From the NCBI GenBank assembly GCA_016710685.1, contig JADJVC010000001.1, positions 200,948-264,947 of the forward strand: DNA of 64,000 nucleotides, in the 5' to 3' direction. The position numbers and the translations under genes were made by a program. The notes below the pieces were generated by a model. The model did not search any database. It had not been told where the DNA came from and saw only the letters and a list, made by a program, of their open reading frames with translations. Position 1 is the stretch's first letter, and every line of letters starts with the position of its first letter. Below, one piece after another: positions 28,999 through 37,936 of this stretch. The DNA comes from Flavobacteriales bacterium (GTDB lineage: Bacteria; Bacteroidota; Bacteroidia; Flavobacteriales_F; PHOS-HE28).

Positions 28999-29406
28999 AT
29001 GGGGGAGCGTATTGCGCAATGGTGGCACCTGATGCCCGATGGTGGCAGCGGGATAATCCTATTGCTGGTGGAGTTGGTGGTCGCACTTACGGCAATGGGC
29101 TGGGCCTACAACCGGGGTTATCGCAACACGGAGCGCGGTTCCGTGCTGCGGTTGCCGTTGCTTACCGTGGCCTTCGGCTTGGGCTTGTTGGTAAAGCACC
29201 TCAGCGAACCTTGGTGGGCCGCGGCGGTCATTGCTTTAAGCGTATTGGTAGCAGGCTTTTTGGGCCGGAATGATAACGGTCGCGGGCTGGGCCTGCCGGT
29301 GATGCTCGTTGCTGCATTGCTCGGCTTCGGCATGCTGATCAGCGCAACTGCGTTAACGCTCGTGGCCATGATCGCCTACCTGCTCAGCCCTGTGAAAAAG
29401 CGATGA
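28999..29406 (+). CDS. Small hypothetical integral membrane protein (about 4 TM helices)
   Basis: Hydrophobic segments GIILLLVELVVALTAMGWAY, LLTVAFGLGLLV, AAAVIALSVLVAGFLG, VMLVAALLGFGMLISATALTLVAMIAYLL. Confidence 0.55.
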   Translation: MGERIAQWWHLMPDGGSGIILLLVELVVALTAMGWAYNRGYRNTERGSVLRLPLLTVAFGLGLLVKHLSEPWWAAAVIALSVLVAGFLGRNDNGRGLGLPVMLVAALLGFGMLISATALTLVAMIAYLLSPVKKR

Positions 29407-29428
29407 TCCGCACGATCCACCGCAAGGC

Positions 29429-31441
29429 ATGAGGAAAGGAAAACGCGCCAACATCCAGCCCACCGCTTGGCTTTTCGCCTTGGCGATCCCGGCGGCTTTG
29501 CTCTTTGTTGTTTTCTCACTGATGCCCTACGGCACCATGGTGAAACAGTGGCCGCTCAGCATCGGGCAGCCCGAAGTAATGGCCTTTCAGAAAGTGTTCG
29601 ACCGCCGCCCCGGCCAACATGCTACAGGCGAAGCGGGAACACTCAACCTCACCAGCTCCAACGGGAATTGCAAAACAGGGCAAGCCGTTGCAGCAACAGA
29701 AACCGACACCGCCACCGTGGAAGTGCGCGAATTGCAGGGATCCGATGAAGGAATTGAACTTGTAGGGAGCGATGCCCAGGGTTTGAACGGAGCTGAACGC
29801 ACGGCGCTGATGCCTGCGGATCTTTCTTCTTTGGAAGTGCTCTACGCACAAGCCGTTGCCGACTCCTTGCCCATCCACAGCGCGCCGCTTGACCTGGTGC
29901 GCCTTTCGCGTTGCGGCAGCGATGCCGGGCCATTCTTGATGCAAGAGGCAACATCGCCGAGCATGGTGGCGCGTTCGGCATCCGCGAGCGGAACATTTCT
30001 CGGACCGGACGGAAAACCGACAAACACCTCAACTACCGAAGCCACGGATGCGGCCCGCATGCCCAAGCTCACCGGCGCAGCCTTCGACACAAGTGCCAGC
30101 GCCGCCTTGGGCTTGCTCGCCTGCATAGAGCAGCGCAAGGATCTGCTGAATGCGGAGACCGGCGCACTTTACGATGGCATCACCGGGCGCATCGTGCCAT
30201 TGTACCGCATGGCCTACGGCGCGGATACTGCTGCAAATACGCAGCCCTTGGGCGTCGCGTTGCGTGAGGCTTTGGGCACGGCATCCGCACAAAAGCGCAT
30301 TCAGCGTATGGCGAAAAAGATCCATGCCGACAGCGCCGCTTGGGCACAACGCTTCGCCGCCATCGATTCGGCCCGTGTGCCCGTGTTGGCCAATGGCCGA
30401 AACATTGGCCTGGTGCAAGCTGCTGTTGACCGTACCCGCGAGCAGTTCATGCAGCGTCTGTTCCACCCAGATCCGGAAGCATTTATCGGACAGCCCGCGC
30501 AAACGACGCCTACCGAAAAGGCAACGTTGGATCCGTGGTTGGCACAATTCAAAAGTGGCTCCGACACCCTGCGTTTTGTGCGCGGCAAGTATGACATCGA
30601 CCATGATCTTGACATTCCCGCCGGCTACGGCGTAGTGCTGGAGAAAGGGACGCGCTGGAACATCGCTGCAGGTGTGAACATCACCATCCATGGGGCATTC
30701 CACGCAAGAGGCACCGAACTCAACCCGGTCTTCATTCGGCCGCTCGATGGGGTAGGGCCGTTCGGCAGCATTACGGTAGAAGGTACCGGCGACACGCGGG
30801 TGCGCCTGCGTGGTGTGCGCATCAGCGATGGGAGCGAACAATGGTCCAATGGCCTGCACCGGCCAGGCATGCTCAGCTTCGTGCTCTGCGACGTGCAAGT
30901 GGACAAGTGCAGCATCGGTAGTTCTTCGGGCACAGCATCCATAAGTGTTCAACGGGGAAATGGACATGTAACGGACAGTTACTTCATCGGCTCGCGCAAG
31001 TCTGCGCTGCTCTTCTTGGAAGCCCATGCAAACGTGGAACGATGTGGCTTCAGCGGTGAGGGGGTAACGGCCCCGGACGGCATCTCCAGCGTGGGGGCCA
31101 CCGTGTTGGTGCGCGGCTGCACGTTCAACCGCATTGGCGGCAGTGCCTTGGAGTTCACCGGTGGAAGCAGAGCGTTGGTTTCCGCCACCACGCTTACAGC
31201 TAACAACATCGCCTTACTTACCACGGAAGGTGCCGCAGTACACGTGGATGCCTGCACATTCAACGGCAACGCAACAGCGGTGTTAGTACGAAGCGCAGCA
31301 TCCGCATGGGGTGAGACCAACCTCGTAATGCACACCAACACCATGACCGGCAACGGCAAGGAAAGGGACGTGCAAGGCGGAACGGTGAAGGACGACCCCG
31401 CACCGGTAGATCCCGGGAAGTGGCTTGCCGGAGCGGAATAG
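29429..31441 (+). CDS. Membrane-anchored hypothetical protein with C-terminal right-handed parallel beta-helix (pectate-lyase/NosD-like) repeats
   Basis: N-terminal TM WLFALAIPAALLFVVFSLM; C-terminal repeated ~22-aa units (VLVRGCTFNRIGGSALEFTGGS / ALVSATTLTANNIALLTTEGAAVHVDACTFNGNATAVLV). Confidence 0.7.
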   Translation: MRKGKRANIQPTAWLFALAIPAALLFVVFSLMPYGTMVKQWPLSIGQPEVMAFQKVFDRRPGQHATGEAGTLNLTSSNGNCKTGQAVAATETDTATVEVRELQGSDEGIELVGSDAQGLNGAERTALMPADLSSLEVLYAQAVADSLPIHSAPLDLVRLSRCGSDAGPFLMQEATSPSMVARSASASGTFLGPDGKPTNTSTTEATDAARMPKLTGAAFDTSASAALGLLACIEQRKDLLNAETGALYDGITGRIVPLYRMAYGADTAANTQPLGVALREALGTASAQKRIQRMAKKIHADSAAWAQRFAAIDSARVPVLANGRNIGLVQAAVDRTREQFMQRLFHPDPEAFIGQPAQTTPTEKATLDPWLAQFKSGSDTLRFVRGKYDIDHDLDIPAGYGVVLEKGTRWNIAAGVNITIHGAFHARGTELNPVFIRPLDGVGPFGSITVEGTGDTRVRLRGVRISDGSEQWSNGLHRPGMLSFVLCDVQVDKCSIGSSSGTASISVQRGNGHVTDSYFIGSRKSALLFLEAHANVERCGFSGEGVTAPDGISSVGATVLVRGCTFNRIGGSALEFTGGSRALVSATTLTANNIALLTTEGAAVHVDACTFNGNATAVLVRSAASAWGETNLVMHTNTMTGNGKERDVQGGTVKDDPAPVDPGKWLAGAE

Positions 31442-31606
31442 CTCCTTACGACGGGCTGATCTTCTGTTGATCACTGGCGCGAGCTTTAGGCGCTATAGGA
31501 AACTGCGCTCAACAAGCGCCGTCCTTTCGTGTCAACGTGCCTTTCCTGAATTTCATCCGCATCGGTACCGCACTATTACCCGACCTTTGCCGTTCAGCAA
31601 ACAACC

Positions 31607-32392
31607 GTGAGGAAAAAGCGATCAACAAGTCAACACGATCTCAGCAGACGCTGGGGCCGTGCGGCCTTGCGCACGCTTGCCCCAGCGCTCTTGCTCTTTG
31701 CAACGCTGCAAACTGCACAGGCACAACTCGGTGTCACCACCTTCGGCATACAGTTGAAACCGGTGATCCCCTTCGGCTTCTTCGATCCGGTCACCACGCT
31801 GGAGCAGGGCACTTTAGCTTCCACGGTGGAACTGAAGGGTGGCATGGCATTCGGCATGGTGGTGCGCACGGGATTAACGAAGGCCATTTCCTTGGAGGTC
31901 GGTATAGACCAGATCACCCGCCGTTACGATGTGACACTTTCCAACGATACCAACGCGTACAACGGCTCCACGCAGATCCGCTTCGTGGGCTACGAAGTTC
32001 CGGTGACCTGCTTGGTGTACATCCGCCTCGGCGAAAAAACGTGGATGAACAACGCCTTGGGACTCAGCATGGATTTTTACCCCAGCGACGCGGTGCGGAA
32101 TTTCGATGCGGGGCAGGTCTACTACTACCGCCGCAACTGGGCGCAGCTTGGCGTGGTGGGCAACATCGGCGTGGAATACCGCACCGAAAAATCGGGCTAC
32201 TTCTATTTGGGCGGCACCTTCCACCGGCCCTTCCAAGACCTTGCGCTCGCCGAAGTGATCTGGACGGATCAATACCAGAACTACAGGCCGTACAGCATGT
32301 CGAAGTTCATCAACGGCAGCTACCTCACCGTGGACCTGCGCTACTACTTCCACGAAGACCCGGACAAAGCGCGGTTACGGAAGAAGCGATAG
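31607..32392 (+). CDS. Hypothetical outer-membrane beta-barrel-like protein
   Basis: Signal peptide ...LLLFATLQTAQAQ; alternating-hydrophobic strands rich in aromatic residues. The overlapping frame 31537..32400 has no signal and odd composition, so it was rejected. Confidence 0.6.
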   Translation: MRKKRSTSQHDLSRRWGRAALRTLAPALLLFATLQTAQAQLGVTTFGIQLKPVIPFGFFDPVTTLEQGTLASTVELKGGMAFGMVVRTGLTKAISLEVGIDQITRRYDVTLSNDTNAYNGSTQIRFVGYEVPVTCLVYIRLGEKTWMNNALGLSMDFYPSDAVRNFDAGQVYYYRRNWAQLGVVGNIGVEYRTEKSGYFYLGGTFHRPFQDLALAEVIWTDQYQNYRPYSMSKFINGSYLTVDLRYYFHEDPDKARLRKKR

Positions 32393-32455
32393 CCTTTTAA
32401 GGTTTCCGAGCCTTGACTATAGCTTCTGGGATTTTCAGCAACACAGAAATTACTG

Positions 32456-32521
32456 ATTGCTAATTCCTAATTCCGGCTGCCGACACGGCTTGCGGAATTA
32501 GGAATTAGGAATTAGCAATTA
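32456..32521. terminator. Unusual AT-rich long hairpin (19-bp stem ATTGCTAATTCCTAATTCC ... GGAATTAGGAATTAGGAATTAGCAAT) between convergent genes, overlapping the peptidase stop codon; putative bidirectional terminator
   Basis: Inverted repeat with GGAATTA direct sub-repeats, followed by a T-run on the minus strand and located between the stops of 31607..32392(+) and 32519..34687(-). Confidence 0.6.
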
Positions 32522-34687
32522 TTTCCCCCCGGCAGGATACTTCGGCACAACCCCGGTATTCTTGAAAAAGAACGCCCACTTGTCCGCTTGCTCGGCCACG
32601 ATCATGCTCGTAGGCTTTCCGGCACCGTGTCCGGCATTCGTTTCAACGCGGATGAACACCGGTGCATCGCCTTCCTGTGCAGCTTGCAGCGTGCTGATGA
32701 ACTTGAAACTGTGTGCAGGCACCACGCGGTCGTCGTGGTCTGCCGTCATCACCATGGTAGCGGGGTAGTTCGCGGGCTTGATGTTGTGCAGCGGTGAATA
32801 GGCGTGCAGGTATTCAAACTCCTCCTTGCTGTTGTCCGCGCTTCCGTATTCAGGCGTCCAGCCGAAGCCGGCGGTGAATTTCTGGAAACGCAGCATGTCC
32901 ATTACGCCAACGGCGGGGAAGGCCACCGCGCACAGGTCCGGGCGTTGGGTCATCACCGCGCCCACCAACAGGCCGCCGTTACTGCCGCCCTCAATGGCCA
33001 ATCGGTCCTTGGAGGTCCACTTCTGCGCCACGAGGTATTCCGCTGCTGCGATGAAATCGTCGAACACGTTCTGCTTTTTCTCCTTCATGCCGGCTTTGTG
33101 CCAGTCCTCGCCGTACTCACCGCCGCCGCGCAGGTTCGCCATGGCGAACACGCCGCCCTGTTCCAGCAAGATCATCCGGCTGGTGCTGAAACTCGGCGAT
33201 AGGCTGACGTTGAATCCGCCGTAAGCGTAGAGCAACGCCGGGTTCTTTCCATCCTTGGCCAAGCCTTTTTTATGGACGATGAACATGGGCACTTTGGTGC
33301 CGTCCTTGCTCGTGTAAAATTCCTGCTCGGTGGTGAATTGTTCCGGATCGAACTTCAACTCCGGACGGAAGTACAGGTCGCTCTTGCCCGTGGCGTAGTC
33401 GTATTTGTAGATGCTCCCCGGATCGGTGAACGAGGTGAAGCTGTAGAAGGAATACGTGTCTTCGCGCAGCCCGCCGAAACCGCCCGCGGTGCCGATGCCT
33501 GGCAAGGTGATTTCCTGCCCACCGGTGCCGTCTGTAGCGTAGCGGTAGATGCGTGTGGTGGCATCTTTCAAGTAGCTGGCGAAGAGGTTTCCGCCACCTG
33601 TCACAACACCTTCCAACAAGTCTTTTTTCTGGGGGATCACATCCTTCCAGTTCGCGCTGTCCGGTTGTGCCGGATCCACGCCCACCAAGCGGTAGTTGGG
33701 TGCGTTCACATCCGTCATCACAAGGAATTGCCCGCTCTTGGGCTCGAATGCCATGATGGATGTTTTGTGGTTGAAGCCGCGCTGTAGCGGGGTCCATTGC
33801 GTGGCCGGTGTGGGCAGCACGCCTTTGCGTAAGTCGTAGAAGTATTGCTCAAAGCCGTCGGTGCCGGTGCTGATGTACAACGTGGCGAATTCCTCGCCTT
33901 CAGTGGTGCCCGCGCCAACATAGAGGTTGGGTTCGGTATCGCTGGCCCACACCAGTGCGTCCTTCGCCTGCGGGTCGCCCAGCTTGTGGTAGTACACACG
34001 CTGCCACTGGTTAGCGCCGCTGAGTTCCATGCCCTTTTTCGGCTCCGGATAGCGACTGTAGAAAAAGCCGTCCTTGAACCACGCCACGCCGCTGAACTTG
34101 GCCCACAGCAGGGTGTCCGCCATCGGCTTCATGGACTTCAGGTCCCACAAAGTGATGTCTTGCCAGTCGCTGCCGGCCTTTTGGATGCTCACCGCCATGT
34201 AGCGGTCGTTTTTGCTGCTGCCCATCAAGCCGATGCTCGTGGTGCCTTTCGGGTCCACCACGTTGGGGTCGATGAACACCGTGTCTTTGCCCTCCAGCCC
34301 GTGGCGCACATAGATCACGCTCTGGTTCTGCAAGCCACTGTTGCGGTAGGTGAAAAACAGGTCGCCCACCTTGCTCGGCGCGCCGGTCTTGGGAAAGTTG
34401 AAAAGCTCCTCATACCGCTTCGCGATGGCGTCACGAAAGGGAATGTCCGCCAAATAAGCGTTGGTCACGGCGTTCTCGCGCTTCACCCAATCCGCCGTTT
34501 CGGCGCTGGTGTCGTTCTCCAACCAGCGGTACGGATCGGCCACTTTCGTGCCGAAGTAATCGTCCACCACGGTGGTGTCCTTGCGGGTTTCCGGGTAGGC
34601 GATCTTCTGCATGGGCTTATCGGTAGGTGCGGTGGAAGTGCCGCAAGCTGCGAGCAGCAGAACGGCGGCGGGAAGGGCTTTTTGCAT
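32519..34687 (-). CDS. Prolyl oligopeptidase (S9A prolyl endopeptidase), lipoprotein
   Basis: Signal/lipobox LLLAACG; beta-propeller N-domain; catalytic domain with GGSNGGLLVG (Ser) and ...ADHDDRV... (Asp), H in GHGAG. Confidence 0.9.
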   Translation of the reverse strand: MQKALPAAVLLLAACGTSTAPTDKPMQKIAYPETRKDTTVVDDYFGTKVADPYRWLENDTSAETADWVKRENAVTNAYLADIPFRDAIAKRYEELFNFPKTGAPSKVGDLFFTYRNSGLQNQSVIYVRHGLEGKDTVFIDPNVVDPKGTTSIGLMGSSKNDRYMAVSIQKAGSDWQDITLWDLKSMKPMADTLLWAKFSGVAWFKDGFFYSRYPEPKKGMELSGANQWQRVYYHKLGDPQAKDALVWASDTEPNLYVGAGTTEGEEFATLYISTGTDGFEQYFYDLRKGVLPTPATQWTPLQRGFNHKTSIMAFEPKSGQFLVMTDVNAPNYRLVGVDPAQPDSANWKDVIPQKKDLLEGVVTGGGNLFASYLKDATTRIYRYATDGTGGQEITLPGIGTAGGFGGLREDTYSFYSFTSFTDPGSIYKYDYATGKSDLYFRPELKFDPEQFTTEQEFYTSKDGTKVPMFIVHKKGLAKDGKNPALLYAYGGFNVSLSPSFSTSRMILLEQGGVFAMANLRGGGEYGEDWHKAGMKEKKQNVFDDFIAAAEYLVAQKWTSKDRLAIEGGSNGGLLVGAVMTQRPDLCAVAFPAVGVMDMLRFQKFTAGFGWTPEYGSADNSKEEFEYLHAYSPLHNIKPANYPATMVMTADHDDRVVPAHSFKFISTLQAAQEGDAPVFIRVETNAGHGAGKPTSMIVAEQADKWAFFFKNTGVVPKYPAGGK

Positions 34688-34809
34688 GGGGTGGGGGATG
34701 AAGGGGTAAAAGTAGCTTGAACCGTTTGGGCCGAGCGATTCGGCTGGATTGGATCTGGCAGAAGGCCATTAGTCTCAATGGGCGTGTGGCAGGCAACGCG
34801 GTTGGTATT

Positions 34810-35104
34810 GGTGCGGTAGATTCGCTGCCCCGAGACAAAAAGCGGAACCCACAAGCCGATCAGTTGATGGACGCCCGAAAATACTACTTCTCTCTTCTCA
34901 CTTTTATCGGCTCCCTAACGCTGGGTTTTACGGCATCGGCGCAGTCACTGCAGGTCTTGGACGGCACAAGCCGCCAACCCGTGGTGGGCGCGGTGCTGAC
35001 TTCGACGGACCCGGCGCGGCAAGCCACTTCGGATAGCACCGGCAGGGTAGACCTCGCTGTTTTTCCGGACAGTGCTTGGGTGCGCGTTGAACACATCGCC
35101 TTCC
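34810..35104 (+). repeat. Copy A of a ~300-bp direct repeat: degenerate 3' end of a T9SS CTD gene + promoter/RBS/first ~80 codons of the TonB-dependent receptor at 37692 (5' gene fragment 34867..35154)
   Basis: ~85% identity over the first ~110 bp and ~98% over the last ~190 bp with 37638..37936. The fragment encodes MDARKYYFSLLTFIGSLTLGFTASAQSLQVLDGTSRQPVVGAVLTSTDPARQATSDSTGRVDLAVFPDSAWVRVEHIAF and then diverges exactly where REP1 begins. Confidence 0.8.
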
Positions 35105-35744
35105 CACTAGCGCGAGCGTCCGCGCTCGTGCTTTCTCTACGCCGAAGCATCTAACTTTCCACCATGAGTGAGAGCTACAAATTTGTTGAGGGTCATGCTC
35201 ACTTCATCACGTTTGCGGTTGTGGGCTGGGTGGATGTATTCACACGACGCGCATATCCCGAGTTCCTATTGGAGAACTTGGCTTTTTGTCGAAAAAACAA
35301 AGGGCTTCGCCTTTATGACCTTGTGATCATGCCGAACCATTTGCATTTGATCGCAGCGGCTGCAAATGGCAGTTTGGGAGAGATTATGCGTGACTTCAAG
35401 ACCTTCACGAGCAAGGAACTGGTGAAGCGTATCGCCGCGAACCCCCAAGAAAGCCGGAAGGAGTGGATGCTCCGTGTGTTCCGCGAGCATGGTGCGGCAA
35501 ATCCACACAACAAGGACCACCAATTTTGGCAACAGAGCAACCGTCCGATCATTCTGGACAAGCCGGAATTGTTTGACCAGCGTAGGCGCTACCTTCGCGA
35601 GAATCCGTTACGTGCAGGCTTGGTAAATGATGAGTCAGCGTACATGTGGAGCAGTGCCAACCCGCATTTGGAGTTTGAGTTTGATGAAGCATAGAAACCG
35701 AGGAGATGGAAAAAGAGGCACGAGCGTGGACGCTCGCGCCAGTG
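35105..35744 (+). mobile_element. REP–RAYT–REP unit: REP-associated tyrosine transposase gene flanked by inverted REP hairpins
   Basis: REP1 35105-35132 CACTAGCGCGAGCGTCCGCGCTCGTGCT. REP2 35717-35744 GGCACGAGCGTGGACGCTCGCGCCAGTG is the reverse complement with 27/30 identity. Each folds into a ~10-bp imperfect stem. Confidence 0.75.
35164..35694 (+). CDS. REP-associated tyrosine transposase (RAYT; IS200/IS605 Y1-transposase family)
   Basis: 176 aa; HuH motif MPNHLHLI; C-terminal catalytic-Tyr helix RRRYLRENPLRAGLV; typical RAYT length; flanked by inverted REPs. Confidence 0.8.
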   Translation: MSESYKFVEGHAHFITFAVVGWVDVFTRRAYPEFLLENLAFCRKNKGLRLYDLVIMPNHLHLIAAAANGSLGEIMRDFKTFTSKELVKRIAANPQESRKEWMLRVFREHGAANPHNKDHQFWQQSNRPIILDKPELFDQRRRYLRENPLRAGLVNDESAYMWSSANPHLEFEFDEA

Positions 35745-36747
35745 TGGGACCTAACATCAGTCGCTTTCGACCCTGCGGACGAAAACACGATTTACATCGG
35801 TTATGCCTCGTCCCAATTCCTTTCCGGTTACAATGAACCTTATGGAAACAGGATGGTGTTTAAAATGGACGTTTCCGATTTGTCTCAATACCCAGCAGGA
35901 GATCTCCCATTTGATTGTCCGGGAACTCCTTGCGCCGACATTACCATGAACCTGCCGAATACGTTTATTTCCATTGGGGCCATGATGGCGGAGCAGGGTA
36001 GCGACGGTGGTCTCTACGTGGCTACTGAAGCCGGCGTGTTCTTTACCGATAACAAACGCATCGCAGCATTCAATCCTGTGCAGCCGGAAGATGCCGATGA
36101 CATGTCAAACACCAGTGGATGGGTAAAATTGGGCGGCAGTTTGCCACATGTCGGTTCGCGAGGGATTGAGGCGAACTACCAAGTGAATCGTGTGCGCGTA
36201 GGTCTGTATGGTCGGGGTGTATGGGAACATCATCTGCATTGCCCAGATACTTTGCAATTCAATGAAGCAGGGACATATGGAGCCGACAGGTACTTGGAGG
36301 CTATGCAAAATATCACTTCGGAAGCGATAGTTCCTACGGGACTCGATCTGAAGTATCGTGCTGGAGAGGAAGTCCGCCTTACACCCGGTTTTCATGCAGA
36401 ACCGGGTACACGCTTCCATGCCTTCATTCATCCTTGTGACGCACCCGGCAATAGCTTCCATCCGAAAGCGATGCAAGCTGGCGCACCGGAAGCTGAAATT
36501 GAAAACGAGTCTGTTTATGTGGGAATGGAACTTTACCCCAACCCCGCCAATGGGTCTTTCACAGTACGGGCCAATTTCATCTCGGAGAATGGAATAGCGA
36601 CCATTCGAGTATTTGGCCCTACAGGCAATTTGGCATTGTCATCGGTAATGCGTGGGCCGCAGCAGTTTATAGATTCCAGTGGCTTGCATGGCCTTTACAT
36701 GGTTGTGGTTGAATGTGCCGGTGTCCAACAGACCAGAAAAAATTATT
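35706..36747 (+). pseudogene. 5'-truncated T9SS cargo gene fragment (BNR/sortilin-like beta-propeller C-terminus + Por_Secre_tail CTD); no signal peptide, begins inside REP2
   Basis: ...GGLYVATEAGVFFTDNK..., then the CTD VYVGMELYPNPANGSFTVRANFISENGIATIRVF...LYMVVVE. The same frame continues without a stop into the next gene. Confidence 0.45.
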
Positions 36748-37647
36748 TTGCAATGAGAAAGTGGCTGTCACTCATCACCTTCTTTAGTATCAGTAGCGGT
36801 ATTTCTGCACAGTTCTACCCAGATTCCACAGGAACATGGTGCATCCGTGATTTGAATAATTCTACAGCATTAGATATAACCATGGAGATGAGAGTAGGTT
36901 ATGACACAATTATCAACGGGAATACCTATCAACTAATAGATGAATTTCACGGAGATGATAATTGGAGTGTACCTGAATATATTAAAACTTACTACGTTAG
37001 ATCAGATACTGCGGGAAATGGTTTTATCTACATTCCTGCTTTATCGGAAGAATACCTAACTGGAAATATTAATGTTAATGTTGGGGATACGATTGAAAAT
37101 TTATATATGGGGTTTTTAAGCAGCATTGCAATTGTTGATAGCGCAGTCATATTAACTAATGCGTCTGATACCGTGAGGCGCGTCTATGTTCGGCAACCAT
37201 GGATAGGCAATTCGTTTTCTTCAATTAAGTCATTTTGGCAATCTGGAATGGGTTGTTCATTTTGGACCATATATCAATTATGATGATTTTCAAGACTTGA
37301 CGTGTGTAATAGCCGACGGTCGATATACATTTTCATTAAGTATTCCAGGAAACCATGCCGATCAATTGCCAATTGTACCCTGCGAGTGTGTTGCAATTGC
37401 GACCAATGTGGAGGAAGGTATTAGCCGTGTACTCCCAAGTATCTTCCCCAACCCCTCAACCAGTACATTCACCATAAGGAATGCCTCGTGTTCAAACGAA
37501 ATAGCCGTATACACCACCACCGGCCACCGAGTATGGCAAGGCACCGGCAATACCATAGACCTAATCGCGCAGCCACCCGGCGTGTACACGGCGGTGGTGG
37601 CCACGGAGCGGGGTAGGCAGGCGGTGCGGTTAGTAGTGGTGCAGTAG
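36748..37647 (+). pseudogene. Mosaic T9SS cargo gene: low-GC (~35%) N-terminal module with signal peptide fused (across a frameshift near 37210-37285) to a GC-rich Por_Secre_tail CTD
   Basis: MRKWLSLITFFSISSGISAQ signal at 36748; AT-rich 36740-37420. Frame 0 stops at 37283, while frame +1 is open from 37207 and encodes ...SIFPNPSTSTFTIRNASCSNEIAVYTTTGHRVWQG...VRLVVVQ*. Confidence 0.45.
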
Positions 37648-37936
37648 ATTCGCTCCCCCGACACAAAACGCGGAACCCACAAGCCGATCAGTTGATGGAC
37701 GCCCGAAAATACTACCACGCATTTCTCACTTTCATCAGCTCCCTTGCGCTGGGTTTTACGGCTTCGGCGCAGTCACTGCAGGTCTTGGACGGCACAAGCC
37801 GCCAACCCGTGGTGGGCGCGGTGCTGACTTCGACGGACCCGGCGCGGCAAGCCACTTCGGATAGCTCCGGCAGGGTAGACCTCGCTGTTTTTCCGGACAG
37901 TGCTTGGGTGCGCGTTGAACACATCGCCTTTGAACC
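37638..37936 (+). repeat. Copy B of the ~300-bp direct repeat (authentic promoter and 5' end of the TonB-dependent receptor)
   Basis: See copy A. Confidence 0.8.

Noticed and set aside
31537-32400. Alternative 287-aa ORF overlapping 31607..32392 in another frame
   Set aside because: It has no signal peptide, an unusual Arg/His/Gly-rich composition and no motifs. The overlapping frame encodes a plausible signal-peptide-bearing OM protein.
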